Made by a program: the position numbers and the translations under genes. From an uncultured virus (IMG/VR IMGVR_UViG_3300032562_000006) (Duplodnaviria; Heunggongvirae; Uroviricota; Caudoviricetes), in the IMG/VR virus record IMGVR_UViG_3300032562_000006: a DNA stretch of 64,000 nucleotides. One strand, written 5' to 3'. Shown here one piece after another: positions 48,116-59,681 of the stretch. Under the pieces are notes generated by a model that saw only the letters and a program-made list of their open reading frames with translations, was not told the origin of the DNA and made no database searches. Numbering within the stretch: position 1 is the first letter of the stretch; each line of letters opens with the position of its first letter.

Positions 48116-49176
48116 GAATCCAGTTCCTCTAGCGTCTCGGTGTCGGCGTGATCGAGATCAGCTGGCGGGACGGCGCTGTGAACTGGCACCTCGACGAGGA
48201 GGACCGGCACCGTATCCCCGCTGATGCTCAGGTGCAGGGCGCGGGCACTGTTCCAGGCGAGGTACGTTCCTGCCGTCCAGCTGACTTTCTTGCTTGGAGC
48301 TCGCAGCCGGGCTCCGATGTCGGCCCGGGCGATGTCCCAGTCGTCATACAGCAGAGGCTGGGAGCTGGGCATATCCGGCAGCCAGGCGGTGATGACGTGA
48401 CCCGGGGCAGCCGGGCCGGTCAGGCTAGTCGCCATCCCAGGACTCCCCCGCGACTGACGGGTCGAACCACGCAGGAGCGTCTGCTGCAAGCGACGGACGC
48501 TGCACGTACGCGCCTCCTGTCTCGGCTTTCGGGTACTTGGCGAGCGCGTCGGCTTCGGTTTCGAAGTCGCCTTCTACGAAGGAACGGCGCTCCTGCCCGG
48601 CGAGCACAGAATCCGGCGGGTACTCGTCGTAACGGTAAACAGCGAAGCCGGGGTGCTCGTAGGTCTCACCCCGAGCTGGCTCAACTGACAGGTACGGCTG
48701 CATTCTTCTCCTTCCTCAAGCCTCCAGACGGAGGGAGCCAGGCCCGGCCTTCCGGCCGGGCCTGACTCTCATCGTCTGAAGCCGGTGACGGTGAACACTC
48801 CGTTTTCCGGAGGCCGACCGTCAGGATCCTTCCGGAACGTGATGGTCAGCCGGCTGCCCGGGACGGTGAAATGACCGGCATCGATTGCCGTGGAGATGTA
48901 CCGGCGAGCCATGTCCTCATCGACTCCGCAGCCGATGATGAACTGCTCAGCCTGGTCGCGGTTGAACAGTTCTTTCACAAGTTTCCCTTCTCAAGCTTCT
49001 CACGAGCCGTCACTTGCGCAGTCCGCACCTTCACTTCCTCGCGGAGTTCAGCGATCACGATCGGGCTGTGATTATCGCGGATGGCTTCTGCCAGGTCATC
49101 CTTCGCCTGGAGGAGGCGACGGCGCATGCCGTCCAGTACTGATTCCTCCCTGAACCCGCCGGGCGGCGGGCTGCTC

Positions 49177-49647
49177 TCAGTCATCGGGTTCCTGATCTAC
49201 CTTCATGCCGATGGTCTGGAAGCCATCTGGCGTCCAGTAATTCGATTTGCGGCGGCGCGGACCGAGAAACAGCACGGTGATGAGGAACGGGCTCACCCGG
49301 GTGATAGAGTGCGCCATGCTGTGCCGCATCAGATGGCAACTCAGCCAGCGGTGCGTTCGGTGACGACGCGATGTGAGATCATGGGGATCGTAGAACACGT
49401 CCTCGTCGTAGGAGCCGATCAGCTTGAAGCTGACGAAGCTGCGGGAGTGATCGTGCGGGTACTCGCGCTGGTTATCCGGCATGTGAATGCGGGTGATGTC
49501 GACGGAGGCGAGGGGTGTCCGGAACAGGATGAACCTGGACAGGAAACGCTTACCGTCAATGTCAGACCAGTACGGGAAGCAGAATGCGTAATCCGGCATT
49601 CCGCCATTCTTGCGGGTCACTACGTTCGTGACCTGATTTGCTGCCAT
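49177..49647 (-). CDS. Cupin-like phage protein
   Basis: PD..RE.PHDH...F.S....G.Y.E...H.I...TVLFLGPRRR pattern. Confidence 0.65.
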   Translation of the reverse strand: MAANQVTNVVTRKNGGMPDYAFCFPYWSDIDGKRFLSRFILFRTPLASVDITRIHMPDNQREYPHDHSRSFVSFKLIGSYDEDVFYDPHDLTSRRHRTHRWLSCHLMRHSMAHSITRVSPFLITVLFLGPRRRKSNYWTPDGFQTIGMKVDQEPDD

Positions 49648-50563
49648 TCCATTTCCTCCCTGTCCCGCCAGGTGCGGCGGGAACCAGCCTGGAGCTATTT
49701 CTCCTCCAGCGAGAACAGTCCTGTTTCCGGATGATAAGTGACGGTGAACCGGCCGCCCTGGATCCGGGCGGTGTGATCAGGCGCGAACATCGCCGCGTCG
49801 ACAGCTGCTCCGGCTACCTTGTCTGAGCACGCCTCCAGCTGGGAGAGCACTCTGGTCGCGCGGGAGATGCTCATATTGTGCTTCGCTGTCACGGCAGCCA
49901 CCGTCTCAGCCAGCGCACCGTCCGCACGACGGCGGATACAGCGTCGTGGCAGAGATAGGTGACAGTGCCGGTTACCACGCAGGCGAGGCCGATTTCCACT
50001 CCGAGATGCGTGAGCCTCACTCCGTCACCGCCTGCTCCAGTTGCCGGAGCAGTTCCGGATCGGTGACCCGGCTGATGCGCAGAGCGTACCAGGCTCCCCC
50101 GTCAGCAAGGATGTTGCTGCCCGGCTCGTACAGCTGCTGGTACACGACGGTGCTTGCCGTCGTGCAGTCCAGGCTGAACGGGCGCAGGCTTGCGTCCGCA
50201 AGCGCGAGATCGACTGTAGCCACGTCGGGGCTCTCGTCACTGACCTGGACGGCCATGTTCTGCGCGAGCTGGCATTCCGGATGCTCGCAGCTGTCCATTT
50301 TCATGTTCCTGTCTCCTGCGCGAGGCGGACAGTCCAGCGGTCGCGTACTTCGTTGTACTTGACCTCGATGCTGCTGTCCGGCGATATCCACCTGCCGGTG
50401 ATAAGTGCCTTGTTCATGGCCCCGGCGATTTCGCTCTGGGTCAGAGGGCTGCCCGGCAGCTGCCGGAGAAGAGCCCAGACTTTACTCTCGTCTGAAAACG
50501 AGTGATCTGCCATGTTCCTTCCCTTCTGGTAGCTCAGGCTACCAGACCGCCGCCCGGCTGCGC

Positions 50564-50592
50564 TTGACAGACGGGCGACGATCTGCTATACT
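50564..50592 (+). promoter_or_regulatory. Consensus SigA-type promoter antisense to the early genes
   Basis: TTGACA-17 nt-TATACT, with TG extended -10. Confidence 0.65.
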
Positions 50593-51171
50593 GAGCTAGA
50601 ATCCGTACACCTTCCACTCACCTTCCGCGCGGGAGCGGGTGATGACATAGTACCCCTCGCTGTCCCGCCAGCGACCGGCGCGTTTCGCTACTCTGACGAT
50701 GTGCTCTATGTAGCTGGACGGCCATATGGTGTGCGCATGGAGATACCTGATCACTGCGTCACGATCTGACGTGACCAGCGACGGTTTCCTGAAGCTCACT
50801 GCAGGAACCTCACGGTGAATGTGCAGCTGGAGTACGTGATGCGGATCCACTGGTCGGACCACTGACCGCTCTTGAGCGCAGCGGTAACCGCACGGCCGAC
50901 TTGATCGACCGTGTACTGCGGCTGGCGAAGCAGGAACGCGGTCAATTCACCTGAATGCTCAAACTTCTTATCAGTCGACTGGTTCATGAGGTGCGTCCTT
51001 ACAGGAACTGGACGGTGAACGTGCCGTCCTTGCCGGTGATGCGGAGGAACGGGTCTTCCCAGCGGTCCTCCATCAGGACGGTGGTGATGATGTTGCCGAT
51101 GTCAGCGGGAGTGTACTGCGGCTGCCTTTCCAGGAACTTGGCCAGCTTCGGTGCGCCGGTGATGGTCTTCA

Positions 51172-51540
51172 TTACCCGGCCTGCGGAAGCGTCCGGTTGT
51201 ACGAGTCATCCCCGACGCTGACGTGCGCCGGGTCGCCGCCGTGGACAGACGTGTCCGGGTGGCTGACGGTCCCGGTGGCCGGGTCGTAGCTGTCGCCCTT
51301 GACAGCTTCGTCGTAGACCTTCTCGGACACGTACATGACGGACTTGCCGCCGGTCGTGGTGACGGTGAGGCAGTAGTCTCGTGACTGCTCCGCAGTCACG
51401 TTGCAGCGTGCCTTGCTGAGAACCGTCGGCTGCACGACCGGAATGACCGTGCTGCTGCTGCTCGAAGCGGAACTGCACGCCGCGAATGCGGGGAGTGCGA
51501 GCGCTCCGGCGACGAGCAGCACTGCTGGTGCGTACTTCAT
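51172..51540 (-). CDS. Putative lipoprotein
   Basis: MKYAPAVLLVAGALALPAFAAC lipobox-like signal followed by a Ser-rich linker. Confidence 0.65.
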   Translation of the reverse strand: MKYAPAVLLVAGALALPAFAACSSASSSSSTVIPVVQPTVLSKARCNVTAEQSRDYCLTVTTTGGKSVMYVSEKVYDEAVKGDSYDPATGTVSHPDTSVHGGDPAHVSVGDDSYNRTLPQAG

Positions 51541-52888
51541 GCTCTTAGTTTCCTTCCCTTGTCCGCCAGGCGGCGGGAGCGGCACACGGGCGAGGCCCGT
51601 GTGCCACTCTCACGGTCTGGTGTACTTGACGATGAACTCTCCTGAAGCGGGGCGGGAGATCCGGATCCCGTGCTCCTCGCACCGGCCGTTCATCTGCGCG
51701 GTGAGGATCATGCGGGTGGCATCTGCCGCGTTGATGTGCCGGGACTCCAGGAACTCGTGCAGCATGACGATGTCCGTGAACTTGCGCTCTGGCATGTTAC
51801 CTCTCTTATTCTTGCGGAGCACTTCACTCTCAGAGGGCCTTCATCGGCTACGCCGGGATCATCACCAGTTCCCTACTATCTTGCGGCAGTGACGGCACAG
51901 GAGGGGGCACCGGCCCCCGTCGAACTTCCGCACCTGGTTTTGCGGGCGGCAGTGACGGCCGAGCCGACAGAGCGCGTTCCTCGGGAACCAGCTCCAGTCG
52001 AACCCCTGGTTAAGCAGCCACCTGCGAATACGTGATCTCACTTGCTGCCTCCTTCCGGCGGCTTGTTACTGACGCTCCTTCCTGATGCGGATTGTCATGT
52101 TCGCGCAGGCGAACTCGTCGGCTGCGGCCACGTAGATGATACCCGTGACGCGCGGGCGGTTCGCGTTCACTTGCGACTGGGGAAACCAGCTGGTCTCCCG
52201 GAAGGCGGTGCGGTAAACAGCTCCGTCGCGCCAGGCGGTCACATCGTAAGCCGACATGTACACCTCGTAGACGGTGATATCAGGCATATACGAGTCCATC
52301 GATCCATATCTCGTCCGGTCCCAGGATCCAGTAGTGTCCCCGGTTAAAGCAGATACAGCGAGCAACCAGGACCGTGAGCAGGCCGCCTTCCGGCGTGGAG
52401 ACCGCCTCCGCCGTCTCCGCGCGCGGCCTGCAAAAGACCTTCCACCGGGACGGACGGTACGCGTCATCCACGCCGCATCAGCTCAGCGATGATGATCAGC
52501 TGGTCCTCATCGGATAGGTCCGGCTCAAGCAGCAGCTCGCGCAGCTCCAGGACGGACAGTTCCCGCGCGACGGCGCGGGCTGGCGCAAGCATCAGCAACT
52601 GCGCATGACGCAGAACTGTGACTGCATCTGCTGCGCGGGCACCGGCGCCTGCACGATCACCGCCGCCTCGTGAATCATGCCGAGCAGCACCATCGCGAAC
52701 AATGCGGTGCCGAGCACGAAGCAGGCTGCGATAATGACGAGCGAACCGGAAGCTCGCTGCCGCTGCCGCTGCCGCTGGCGGAGCTGGTACAGTGTTATGA
52801 TGTTCCTTCCTTCCTGCACAGGATGACGATCACCCTGAGCCGAACCCGTCCCGCCAGGGACGGGTTCGACTCGCTATGATCGTAGCGG

Positions 52889-53275
52889 CTAGAACGCCTC
52901 GCGCACCCGGTCCGCGAAAGCGGCGAGCGCGGCGGCGAGATTGATGCGGTAGCGGGACCGAGATGCACGCCAGCCGTTGATCGCGCCTGGATCGGGATAG
53001 ACCGTCTGCACGGCGTACCGGTCAGTGAAATCGGGCATCTGCCGGATGATGACGTACCGGTCAGGCGCGTACCCGTCCGCATCCGGCAGCCGCGCTGCGG
53101 CGATAAGCGGATAGTGCTGCCCGTCACTGAACTCCAGGACGAGCCCGTCAAGCGGCAGGACTTGCACTGAAGCGGATACGGTCACCCGGTCCGGATTGGC
53201 GAGCTGCTGACTGACGGGACGGAGCAGCTGCTCGATGACGGCTAGCTCATCGGATTCCTGTTCCTGCTGTGACAT
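52889..53275 (-). CDS. Hypothetical protein
   Basis: CAAGGAAGGAAGG start motif; hairpin element follows the stop. Confidence 0.6.
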   Translation of the reverse strand: MSQQEQESDELAVIEQLLRPVSQQLANPDRVTVSASVQVLPLDGLVLEFSDGQHYPLIAAARLPDADGYAPDRYVIIRQMPDFTDRYAVQTVYPDPGAINGWRASRSRYRINLAAALAAFADRVREAF

Positions 53276-53522
53276 TGTGTCTTGTGCCTTCCTTCCTTGT
53301 TATATGCCTGCTACTTCAGAGGCGGGATCGCGTACAGCGCGAATCCGCCTCTAGGAGCGGGCCACTGCACTATCTCGCTGATGAGGTAGCCTTTCAGCTT
53401 CTTGTTCCTCTTCAGCGCGTCAGCAAGCGGCAGAATCATGTCTGCCGCTTCGCCGTAGCGCCTGAACCACTGGAGGAACACCCAGTCCGCTGGCATGTCC
53501 GCTAGCTGCAGGACACCTCGCA

Positions 53523-53735
53523 TCAGGACACATGCCCGATGATCGCGATCTTCTCATCCGGCTGGTACAGATGCTCCTGCCTGTCTGGATAAGTGATCCA
53601 CAGCCTGCCGGAATCACGGCGGATTTTCACCGCCGTGTGATGCTCACGCGGAGTCCACTCGTTTTTCACGGTGAACACATCGCCCGGCCTGAGATCCGCC
53701 GCAGTATCCGGGAAGCTGCTGAGGACGCCTCGCAT
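53523..53735 (-). CDS. Small SH3-like protein, tandem paralog of 53735-53947
   Basis: PDT.ADL..GD.F...IR.D.G..WIT...Y..D..I.I shared. Confidence 0.65.
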   Translation of the reverse strand: MRGVLSSFPDTAADLRPGDVFTVKNEWTPREHHTAVKIRRDSGRLWITYPDRQEHLYQPDEKIAIIGHVS

Positions 53736-53947
53736 TAGCGCGCCCGCCGGGTGATGCGGATCTGATCGTCACTGCCGTAGAACCGCGCACCCGGCTGCTC
53801 GGACTTGGTGATCCAGAAACCCCCTGCGCCTGTGTCAGCACGGATCCGGCGGACAGTTCCCTCACCATAGTACTGCGTGGCGCGGTCGATGAACGTGTCA
53901 CCGACGTGCAGGTCAGCCGGGGTGTCCGGCCAGCTGGAATCAGGCAT
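53735..53947 (-). CDS. Small SH3-like protein, tandem paralog of 53523-53735
   Basis: Same motif; AGAAAGGAGG RBS. Confidence 0.65.
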   Translation of the reverse strand: MPDSSWPDTPADLHVGDTFIDRATQYYGEGTVRRIRADTGAGGFWITKSEQPGARFYGSDDQIRITRRAR

Positions 53948-55145
53948 GCGATGCCTCCTTTCTGTAAACAGCCCGGACGGGCTCCGCCCGCTCCCTCCAG
54001 GGGAGGGAACGGACGGGGAGTGTCAGGACTCGCTGCCTGCGGGCGCTGCCCGCATGTACAGTATACCAGCTCGCGCACCTGGCGAGCTGGCACACTGCGG
54101 GTCACTACAGTCCGGCGCTGCGAGTTTCCCGCTCAGTGTGAGCGGTCAGGCAGTCGGCATGCATCGGGCCGGACAGGCCCGGGAGACTGACCTGGATGCG
54201 CGGCTCGCCGGGGAGAATCTGAAGCTTGCAGTGCGGTGCGACGCAGAACAGCTCGGTGTCAGGTGCGGGTGCGGGTGCGGGGTCTGTCATGTGGTCTCCT
54301 TTGACGTGGAAGCCCCGCGCGGAGCGGGGGGCTTTACGTTATCCCGTGCCCGATACACGACGTTGAACCGGCGCTCCGCAGGAGCCTGGAGAGGATACCG
54401 GTGATGTGACGGGGCGCCGGTCGCGGTGGACAGGTGCTTTACGAGCGCGATCAGCAGCCCGGGTTCCCGGGCTGAGGAGTACGGCTCGCAGTCCACCTGG
54501 GCGTCCGGGACGCCCGGGGTACGGAAACGGATGATATCACCTCGCTTGAGATGCTGCATTTCCACGTGCATGTCCTTCCTTCCTTGCCTCCGGCTGGAGG
54601 CACCCACCCGCCTCCGGAGCGGAGACGGGTGAGTGTCACGAGCCGGAGCCGGAGTCCGCTTCCTGCCTCCGGGGAGTTACATGATAGCCGCCGCAGACGC
54701 ACTCATACATGTACAGCGGGACTGATCCTTGCGAGCGGTCGACTGACGCTTCTGCGCGCTCGGGCGTGCTGAAGGACTTCCTCTGCAATCGCATGCAGCG
54801 CAGAAGCGCCTCTTCCCACTGCTTTGACCCGCGTGCGTAGCGCGGCATACTCAGCTCCTGGAGAGTGACGGTGACGGTGACGGGACGCGAGACCGGCTCC
54901 TGCTGCAGAACAGGATCCGGTGCTAGCGGCGCGCACTCATCACACAGCTGTCCTAGATGAATCGGGAAGTTCCTGAGCTGCGGGGTTTCAGTATCCCCGC
55001 AGATTCCGCATTCGGCTACTGCTACTGCTACTGCTACTGCTACGTTCATCTGCCTTCTTCCCTCTCCGCTCATGCGGAGGGAGCCGTCTCCAGTCGCGCA
55101 GTGCGCGAGACTGGAGATGACTCTCACTGCATGTGCGCGCGAGCG

Positions 55146-55706
55146 CTACTCGCCGGAAATATCGCAGCCGGGGTCCTCATCTTCATCTTCATCGGCTTGC
55201 GCGAGCGCATACCGCTCATCCAGCTCCATGCGCACGTCGTGGGTGCGCTCGGGGGAGGCGTAGCGGATGCTCACTTCGATGACGCGCCCCTCTATAAGAG
55301 CGTACCAGCCAGTAACATCCGGGCCGAGAACGTACTCCTGACCGGAGGAGCCGCGCATGAGATCGCAGGGCTCCCACGCGCCGTCACCGCCATGATCTGC
55401 GTGACTGGCCAGCTGTTCAGCTGCGAGTGCGAGGATGTCCAGCTCAGGCTGGCTGAGCGGGGGCGGCTCCGGCACGTCGTACATGCGCGGACGATACACG
55501 ATCGGGAACTGAGTGTCCGCCGGTGCTTCGTGCACCTCCGCTACCTCAGCGGACGAGGCAAACAGCACCCGGTACCAGAAGCGCAGGTTCCCCTCCGACG
55601 CGCCGCGTGCGGCGGACGGCGGGATGTGCACCTGCCAGTCTACTGGCTCATGTGGCATGCGGATGATATCCCCGATCTGCAGATCCGGCATTGCGATTTC
55701 TTCCAT
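55146..55706 (-). CDS. Hypothetical protein
   Basis: CAAGGAAGGAAGG start motif; flanked by hairpin elements on both sides. Confidence 0.6.
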   Translation of the reverse strand: MEEIAMPDLQIGDIIRMPHEPVDWQVHIPPSAARGASEGNLRFWYRVLFASSAEVAEVHEAPADTQFPIVYRPRMYDVPEPPPLSQPELDILALAAEQLASHADHGGDGAWEPCDLMRGSSGQEYVLGPDVTGWYALIEGRVIEVSIRYASPERTHDVRMELDERYALAQADEDEDEDPGCDISGE

Positions 55707-55790
55707 GCTTGCCTTCCTTCCTTGACGTGCGCTGTCTGAGCACGCTGAGCCGCGCACTCGGCGTGGAGTGCGCGACCCGGCGGGCTCGGG

Positions 55791-56120
55791 CTAGAGGAGA
55801 TTCCGCAGGATGATGTCCGCCACGTTGCCGTTGTTGCGGTCCATCGAGTACTCGATGGCGGTGTCGTCGGGATCCATCTGCGCGATTGCGGCCAGCTGGG
55901 CGAGACTGTACGTGATGATCTTGTCGCCGTTAGTCAGGTCCGCGACGTGCGGTGACGGTACGGTTCCGAGAGAGCCGATCGTGAACGGAGCGTCCTCGTA
56001 CTCACCCAGCTTATGATTCAGCCAGCTGGTGAAAGCGTCGACGTCTTCGGTGTGCAGCTCCAGTCCTTCCAGCGGGAGGATGCTGAACGAGAATGTCCTG
56101 GCTGCACTTGCGTCTGTCAT
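55791..56120 (-). CDS. Hypothetical protein
   Basis: AGGAAGGAAAG start motif; flanked by hairpin elements. Confidence 0.6.
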   Translation of the reverse strand: MTDASAARTFSFSILPLEGLELHTEDVDAFTSWLNHKLGEYEDAPFTIGSLGTVPSPHVADLTNGDKIITYSLAQLAAIAQMDPDDTAIEYSMDRNNGNVADIILRNLL

Positions 56121-56204
56121 GTCTTTCCTTCCTCGGTGATGCGGTTCGGATGAACCCCCCGGCTCACCCCCCGTGAGGGGGGTGAACCAGGGCGAGCAGC
56201 CGGG

Positions 56205-56471
56205 CTATTCGCGACTCGACGCGGCGTCCTGCATCAGCGACTCCGGGTCAAACGGAGGACTGAGTCGCTGGATGTGGTAGAGCGCGCCGTGCAGCAGGCT
56301 CCATCCGAGGCTGGCTGCCTCCTGACAGGAGTCAGCCCAGGCGAGCGCATCCTCCTGTGAATCGAAGCTTCCGTACACATCGGGTCCGCGCTCCGGATCC
56401 TGTGGCCAGGTGATGACTGCGACGTACGGAAGCGGGGTTGTGATCTCCGCATCCTCGCCATCTGAATCCAT
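56205..56471 (-). CDS. Hypothetical protein
   Basis: VYGSF.S.EDA..W motif; start motif; flanked by elements. Confidence 0.6.
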   Translation of the reverse strand: MDSDGEDAEITTPLPYVAVITWPQDPERGPDVYGSFDSQEDALAWADSCQEAASLGWSLLHGALYHIQRLSPPFDPESLMQDAASSRE

Positions 56472-56534
56472 GTGATGCTTCCTTCCTTGAAACTTCAAGT
56501 ACCTGATCCGGCTGGACCGGGCCGCTCTCGCACG

Positions 56535-56550
56535 TCGAACTGACGTTCGA
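56535..56550. promoter_or_regulatory. Actinobacterial-type LexA (SOS) box
   Basis: TCGAAC TGAC GTTCGA. Confidence 0.55.
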
Positions 56551-56623
56551 GAGCGACCCCGCTCATCCGGAGTGACCGGTGAGAAGCACCGGCGGTGTCA
56601 GGAGTCGGCTGCGACGGCTGGCA

Positions 56624-56929
56624 CTAGCTGTCGTCCTCTCCGACGAGAAGACGGCGTAGCTTGGCGCCAATCATCTCGTGAATCACCTTCGGATTGATAT
56701 CCAGGAGTCTAGCCACTAGGCGCTCAGCCTCCTGCAGAGAGGGTTCTGGCACTGAGTACACTACATCTTGCTTTTGCTTAGTAAAATGCCAGTAACCGCA
56801 TTCACATTCGTATATGTACCTGGTGATGTTTCTATCGCGTAGAAGCCTCAGAGCAGCTCCAGCTGCCTTGTCTCCGGTCTTGAATTTTCTCTTCTCAGGT
56901 TTCGGGCATTCCCGTCTTTTCGGTGACAT
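56624..56929 (-). CDS. Small Zn-finger protein
   Basis: CP...K..F...A...Y.YEC.CG.WH.T; a similar motif occurs in 54636-55049. Confidence 0.6.
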   Translation of the reverse strand: MSPKRRECPKPEKRKFKTGDKAAGAALRLLRDRNITRYIYECECGYWHFTKQKQDVVYSVPEPSLQEAERLVARLLDINPKVIHEMIGAKLRRLLVGEDDS

Positions 56930-56932
56930 ATG

Positions 56933-57427
56933 CTACTCGCCAGTAACATCTGGCGAACGCGAATCATCCATCTCGATTGACACCCTGAATGATGGTCCCG
57001 TTGACCCGGGAGGCGTATGAATCACGAAGCCGGTGATGAGCGGGTCACCTTGCACCGCATCGGCGGTGTTCACGCAATCCACTCGCCAGCCGTCCGAGTC
57101 CGGTACCTCTGGGATGATAAGCCTCTCCATCAGATAGTGAGTGATTCGCCACTGGAGCTGCTGTTCCGGCGGCAGCGCCCAGAATTCAGGCGTGTACTCT
57201 AGATCTGGATCATCTTCCTGATGATCGGAATCCCATATAACATGAGATGTAACTCCGGACGCGGATACCTCGATTGACAGTATCCGGGCACCGGCGTGGA
57301 TAACGAAAATCCTGCGCCTGGCCGCAGCCTCCGGATCACGCTGCATCGCAAGAGCCTTGCGCGCCGCATCCTCCGGTGAAGACGCCTGGACATTCGCACT
57401 CCAGGTGACGTGATACTCGCTTTCCAT
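56933..57427 (-). CDS. Hypothetical protein, paralog of 42655-43026
   Basis: Shared N-terminal motif; AGGAAGGGAAG RBS. Confidence 0.6.
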   Translation of the reverse strand: MESEYHVTWSANVQASSPEDAARKALAMQRDPEAAARRRIFVIHAGARILSIEVSASGVTSHVIWDSDHQEDDPDLEYTPEFWALPPEQQLQWRITHYLMERLIIPEVPDSDGWRVDCVNTADAVQGDPLITGFVIHTPPGSTGPSFRVSIEMDDSRSPDVTGE

Positions 57428-57789
57428 GTCTTCCCTTCCTCAGGGGTGCCTGGCACTGGACCAGACGGTCCGAGCCGCTCCTGTCACGTGCGCGTGATGC
57501 GCGGGGCGTGACAGGAGTGACTCGCATCGGCGGGGCTGCTACTTGTGATGCGACAGCCAGGACCCTGAATTCTCCCGAATGAGATGAGCACGTTCGGCAG
57601 GAGACAGGAGCGCCCAGTCGTCCTCCTCGGTGTCTTCGTCGACGTCGCAGATGCCGGACTCGTGCTCGCAGAGGGCGTGCTTGTTTCCGGGACGGCTGGT
57701 GTCAAACGCGCCGGGAGCGTCGTACCACTGCGGCTCGCACGGATCGAGATCCGTATGACCGCAGCAGGGGTAGTCCTTGCAGCGCGCCA

Positions 57790-58092
57790 TCAGAGCGTCC
57801 TGTAGGGGCGGATAAACTCCTCGAATTCCATGGCGTGCATGCCGCACAGCGGCTGCTCATCCACGATGCGGACTGCCTGCGTCCCGCAGGACGGGTACAG
57901 GCAGATGACGGGACTGAGCTTCCAGGAACCGGACGGCTCGCCGTCATCCGTCGTGACCGGCGAACTGAGAGCATCCGGACCGGAGAACCGGGTGATCGCG
58001 ACGCCGACGCTGGCGAGCAGATCCGGGAGAGCATCTCCGTCGTCCAGAAACTCCCTGGATACCGGAGACAGCTCGATGCTGAGCTTGTACAT
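57790..58092 (-). CDS. Hypothetical protein
   Basis: CAAGGAAGGAAG start motif. Confidence 0.55.
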   Translation of the reverse strand: MYKLSIELSPVSREFLDDGDALPDLLASVGVAITRFSGPDALSSPVTTDDGEPSGSWKLSPVICLYPSCGTQAVRIVDEQPLCGMHAMEFEEFIRPYRTL

Positions 58093-58521
58093 GATGCTTC
58101 CTTCCTTGACCTCCTGACGGAGGCGGCCCGTCTCATCGGAGGGAGATGAGGCGCACCGTCACGTCAGGAAAGCGAGGTGAATGTCCGGATGTCGCTCCAC
58201 CGAGCGCGACATGCTTCGTACTCTTCCGTGTACGTTGCGTTACCGGCGCGGATCCCGGTTTCCAGTTCCGTGATGTAGGACTGGCATGGCGGACCGGAAT
58301 CAGTGTACGCGGCGATAGTGTAGCCGCCTTGCGTCCCATCCCCGCAGTCATCGCAGCCAGTCATGTAACCGTGCAGGCACGCAGCGTGAGCAGCCGGATC
58401 CGTGGCAGGATTGTCGCAGATCCCGCATGACATCTCACTTTCTGCCGTGTATGTGATAGCAGGCATAGCCTTCCTGGTGCGGACCGGACGGACCGGACGC
58501 ATCCCGAGCGGGCGGTGACGC

Positions 58522-58911
58522 TCAGTCGAAGTGACCGGTGCTGAAACCCGGCTCAGGAACGAACCTGGGCGACGCTGGATGCCCGCAGGTGAGAATCGCG
58601 GTTTCGGCCCGGGGATCGGAGGGATGATTCACGTCCACCCGCACGACCTGAAGAAGACCGGGCGTGCAGTCGTGCCAGCAGTACCGGAACGGACCGCGAC
58701 CCTCCGCCGCTCTGCGAGCACGCCAGCCCGCACACTGACCTTCATAGTACGCGCTGTGGCGGATCGCCGTCGGAGTCTCCTCGTCGTCGGCACGTATCTC
58801 CGCTCCGCCGATAAGCTTCCGCGCATTAGCAGGCGGAAGCCCGGTGAAGCCGAAGTCAAATCCGGCGTCAAACGCCTCCGGAGCGCGGAAGCGATCGATG
58901 AAACCTGACAT
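58522..58911 (-). CDS. Hypothetical protein
   Basis: CAAGGAAGGAAAG start motif before ATG 58911. Confidence 0.6.
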   Translation of the reverse strand: MSGFIDRFRAPEAFDAGFDFGFTGLPPANARKLIGGAEIRADDEETPTAIRHSAYYEGQCAGWRARRAAEGRGPFRYCWHDCTPGLLQVVRVDVNHPSDPRAETAILTCGHPASPRFVPEPGFSTGHFD

Positions 58912-58982
58912 GTGCTTTCCTTCCTTGCTGCAGTCCGGATGGACCGCGCGGCTGCCGGACTGACGTCCGGCAGCCACGCCGC

Positions 58983-59402
58983 TCACACGGACCTGTGCTC
59001 GTGCTTGCGCGGGCACTCGCCGAGAGGATACGCGGCATCCGCGTAGCCCTTGGCAAGCATCGCTTCCATGTACTCCGCGTTACCCACGTCATGGACAAGC
59101 GACCCCGGAGCGACTAGCCCCTTGCTTGTCGCCCGCATGCAGCGACGCAGTCCGGCAGCCAGCTCGGCGTCGTAGATCCGGCGGTTCCACTGCTTGTGAT
59201 CGGTGAGGTAGTCCGCCAGGCCCGCTTCCGCGTGCTCAGCAGTGATACCGGTGAGACCGCTGAACGGGTTGCGCTGCAAAGCGACCGCGTTGATGTGCTG
59301 AACGGCCCATGCAGAAACAGCGTCATGTGAGAAATTGCCGCTGCTGTCGGCCGCGATTGCCTGCGCGAGAGCAGATATCGCAGCGTCCATTCTGGTGCTC
59401 AT
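58983..59402 (-). CDS. Hypothetical protein
   Basis: CAAGGAAGGAAAG start motif before ATG 59402; flanked by elements. Confidence 0.6.
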   Translation of the reverse strand: MSTRMDAAISALAQAIAADSSGNFSHDAVSAWAVQHINAVALQRNPFSGLTGITAEHAEAGLADYLTDHKQWNRRIYDAELAAGLRRCMRATSKGLVAPGSLVHDVGNAEYMEAMLAKGYADAAYPLGECPRKHEHRSV

Positions 59403-59470
59403 GCTGCTTTCCTTCCTTGACGGGGACCGGACGGTCCGAGCCGGTCTCACCCCGGAGGGTGAGGCCGACT

Positions 59471-59681
59471 CTAAGCGTCCGGGCTGACGGGGCTGACGGG
59501 GCTGACCGGTGCGACTATGAGATCCGACGCCGGGCACTTGCACTCCGGCTTATCACGGGTGTCATAGAAGATGCCGCGCGCCCCGATATAGCCGATGTTC
59601 TTCGTGGACCAGGTGAGATCCGGGTGATGGGAGCAGGTGAGGCTGATGTGCGCGCCCCACGGCGATGCTGGTGTCAGACAT
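59471..59681 (-). pseudogene. Small gene with apparent 1-nt frameshift near its start
   Basis: ATG at 59681 gives MSDTSIA. The protein-like frame PWGAHISLTCSHHPDLTWSTKNIGYIGARGIFY...ECKCPASDL ends at TAG 59471-59473 in a shifted frame. Confidence 0.45.
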
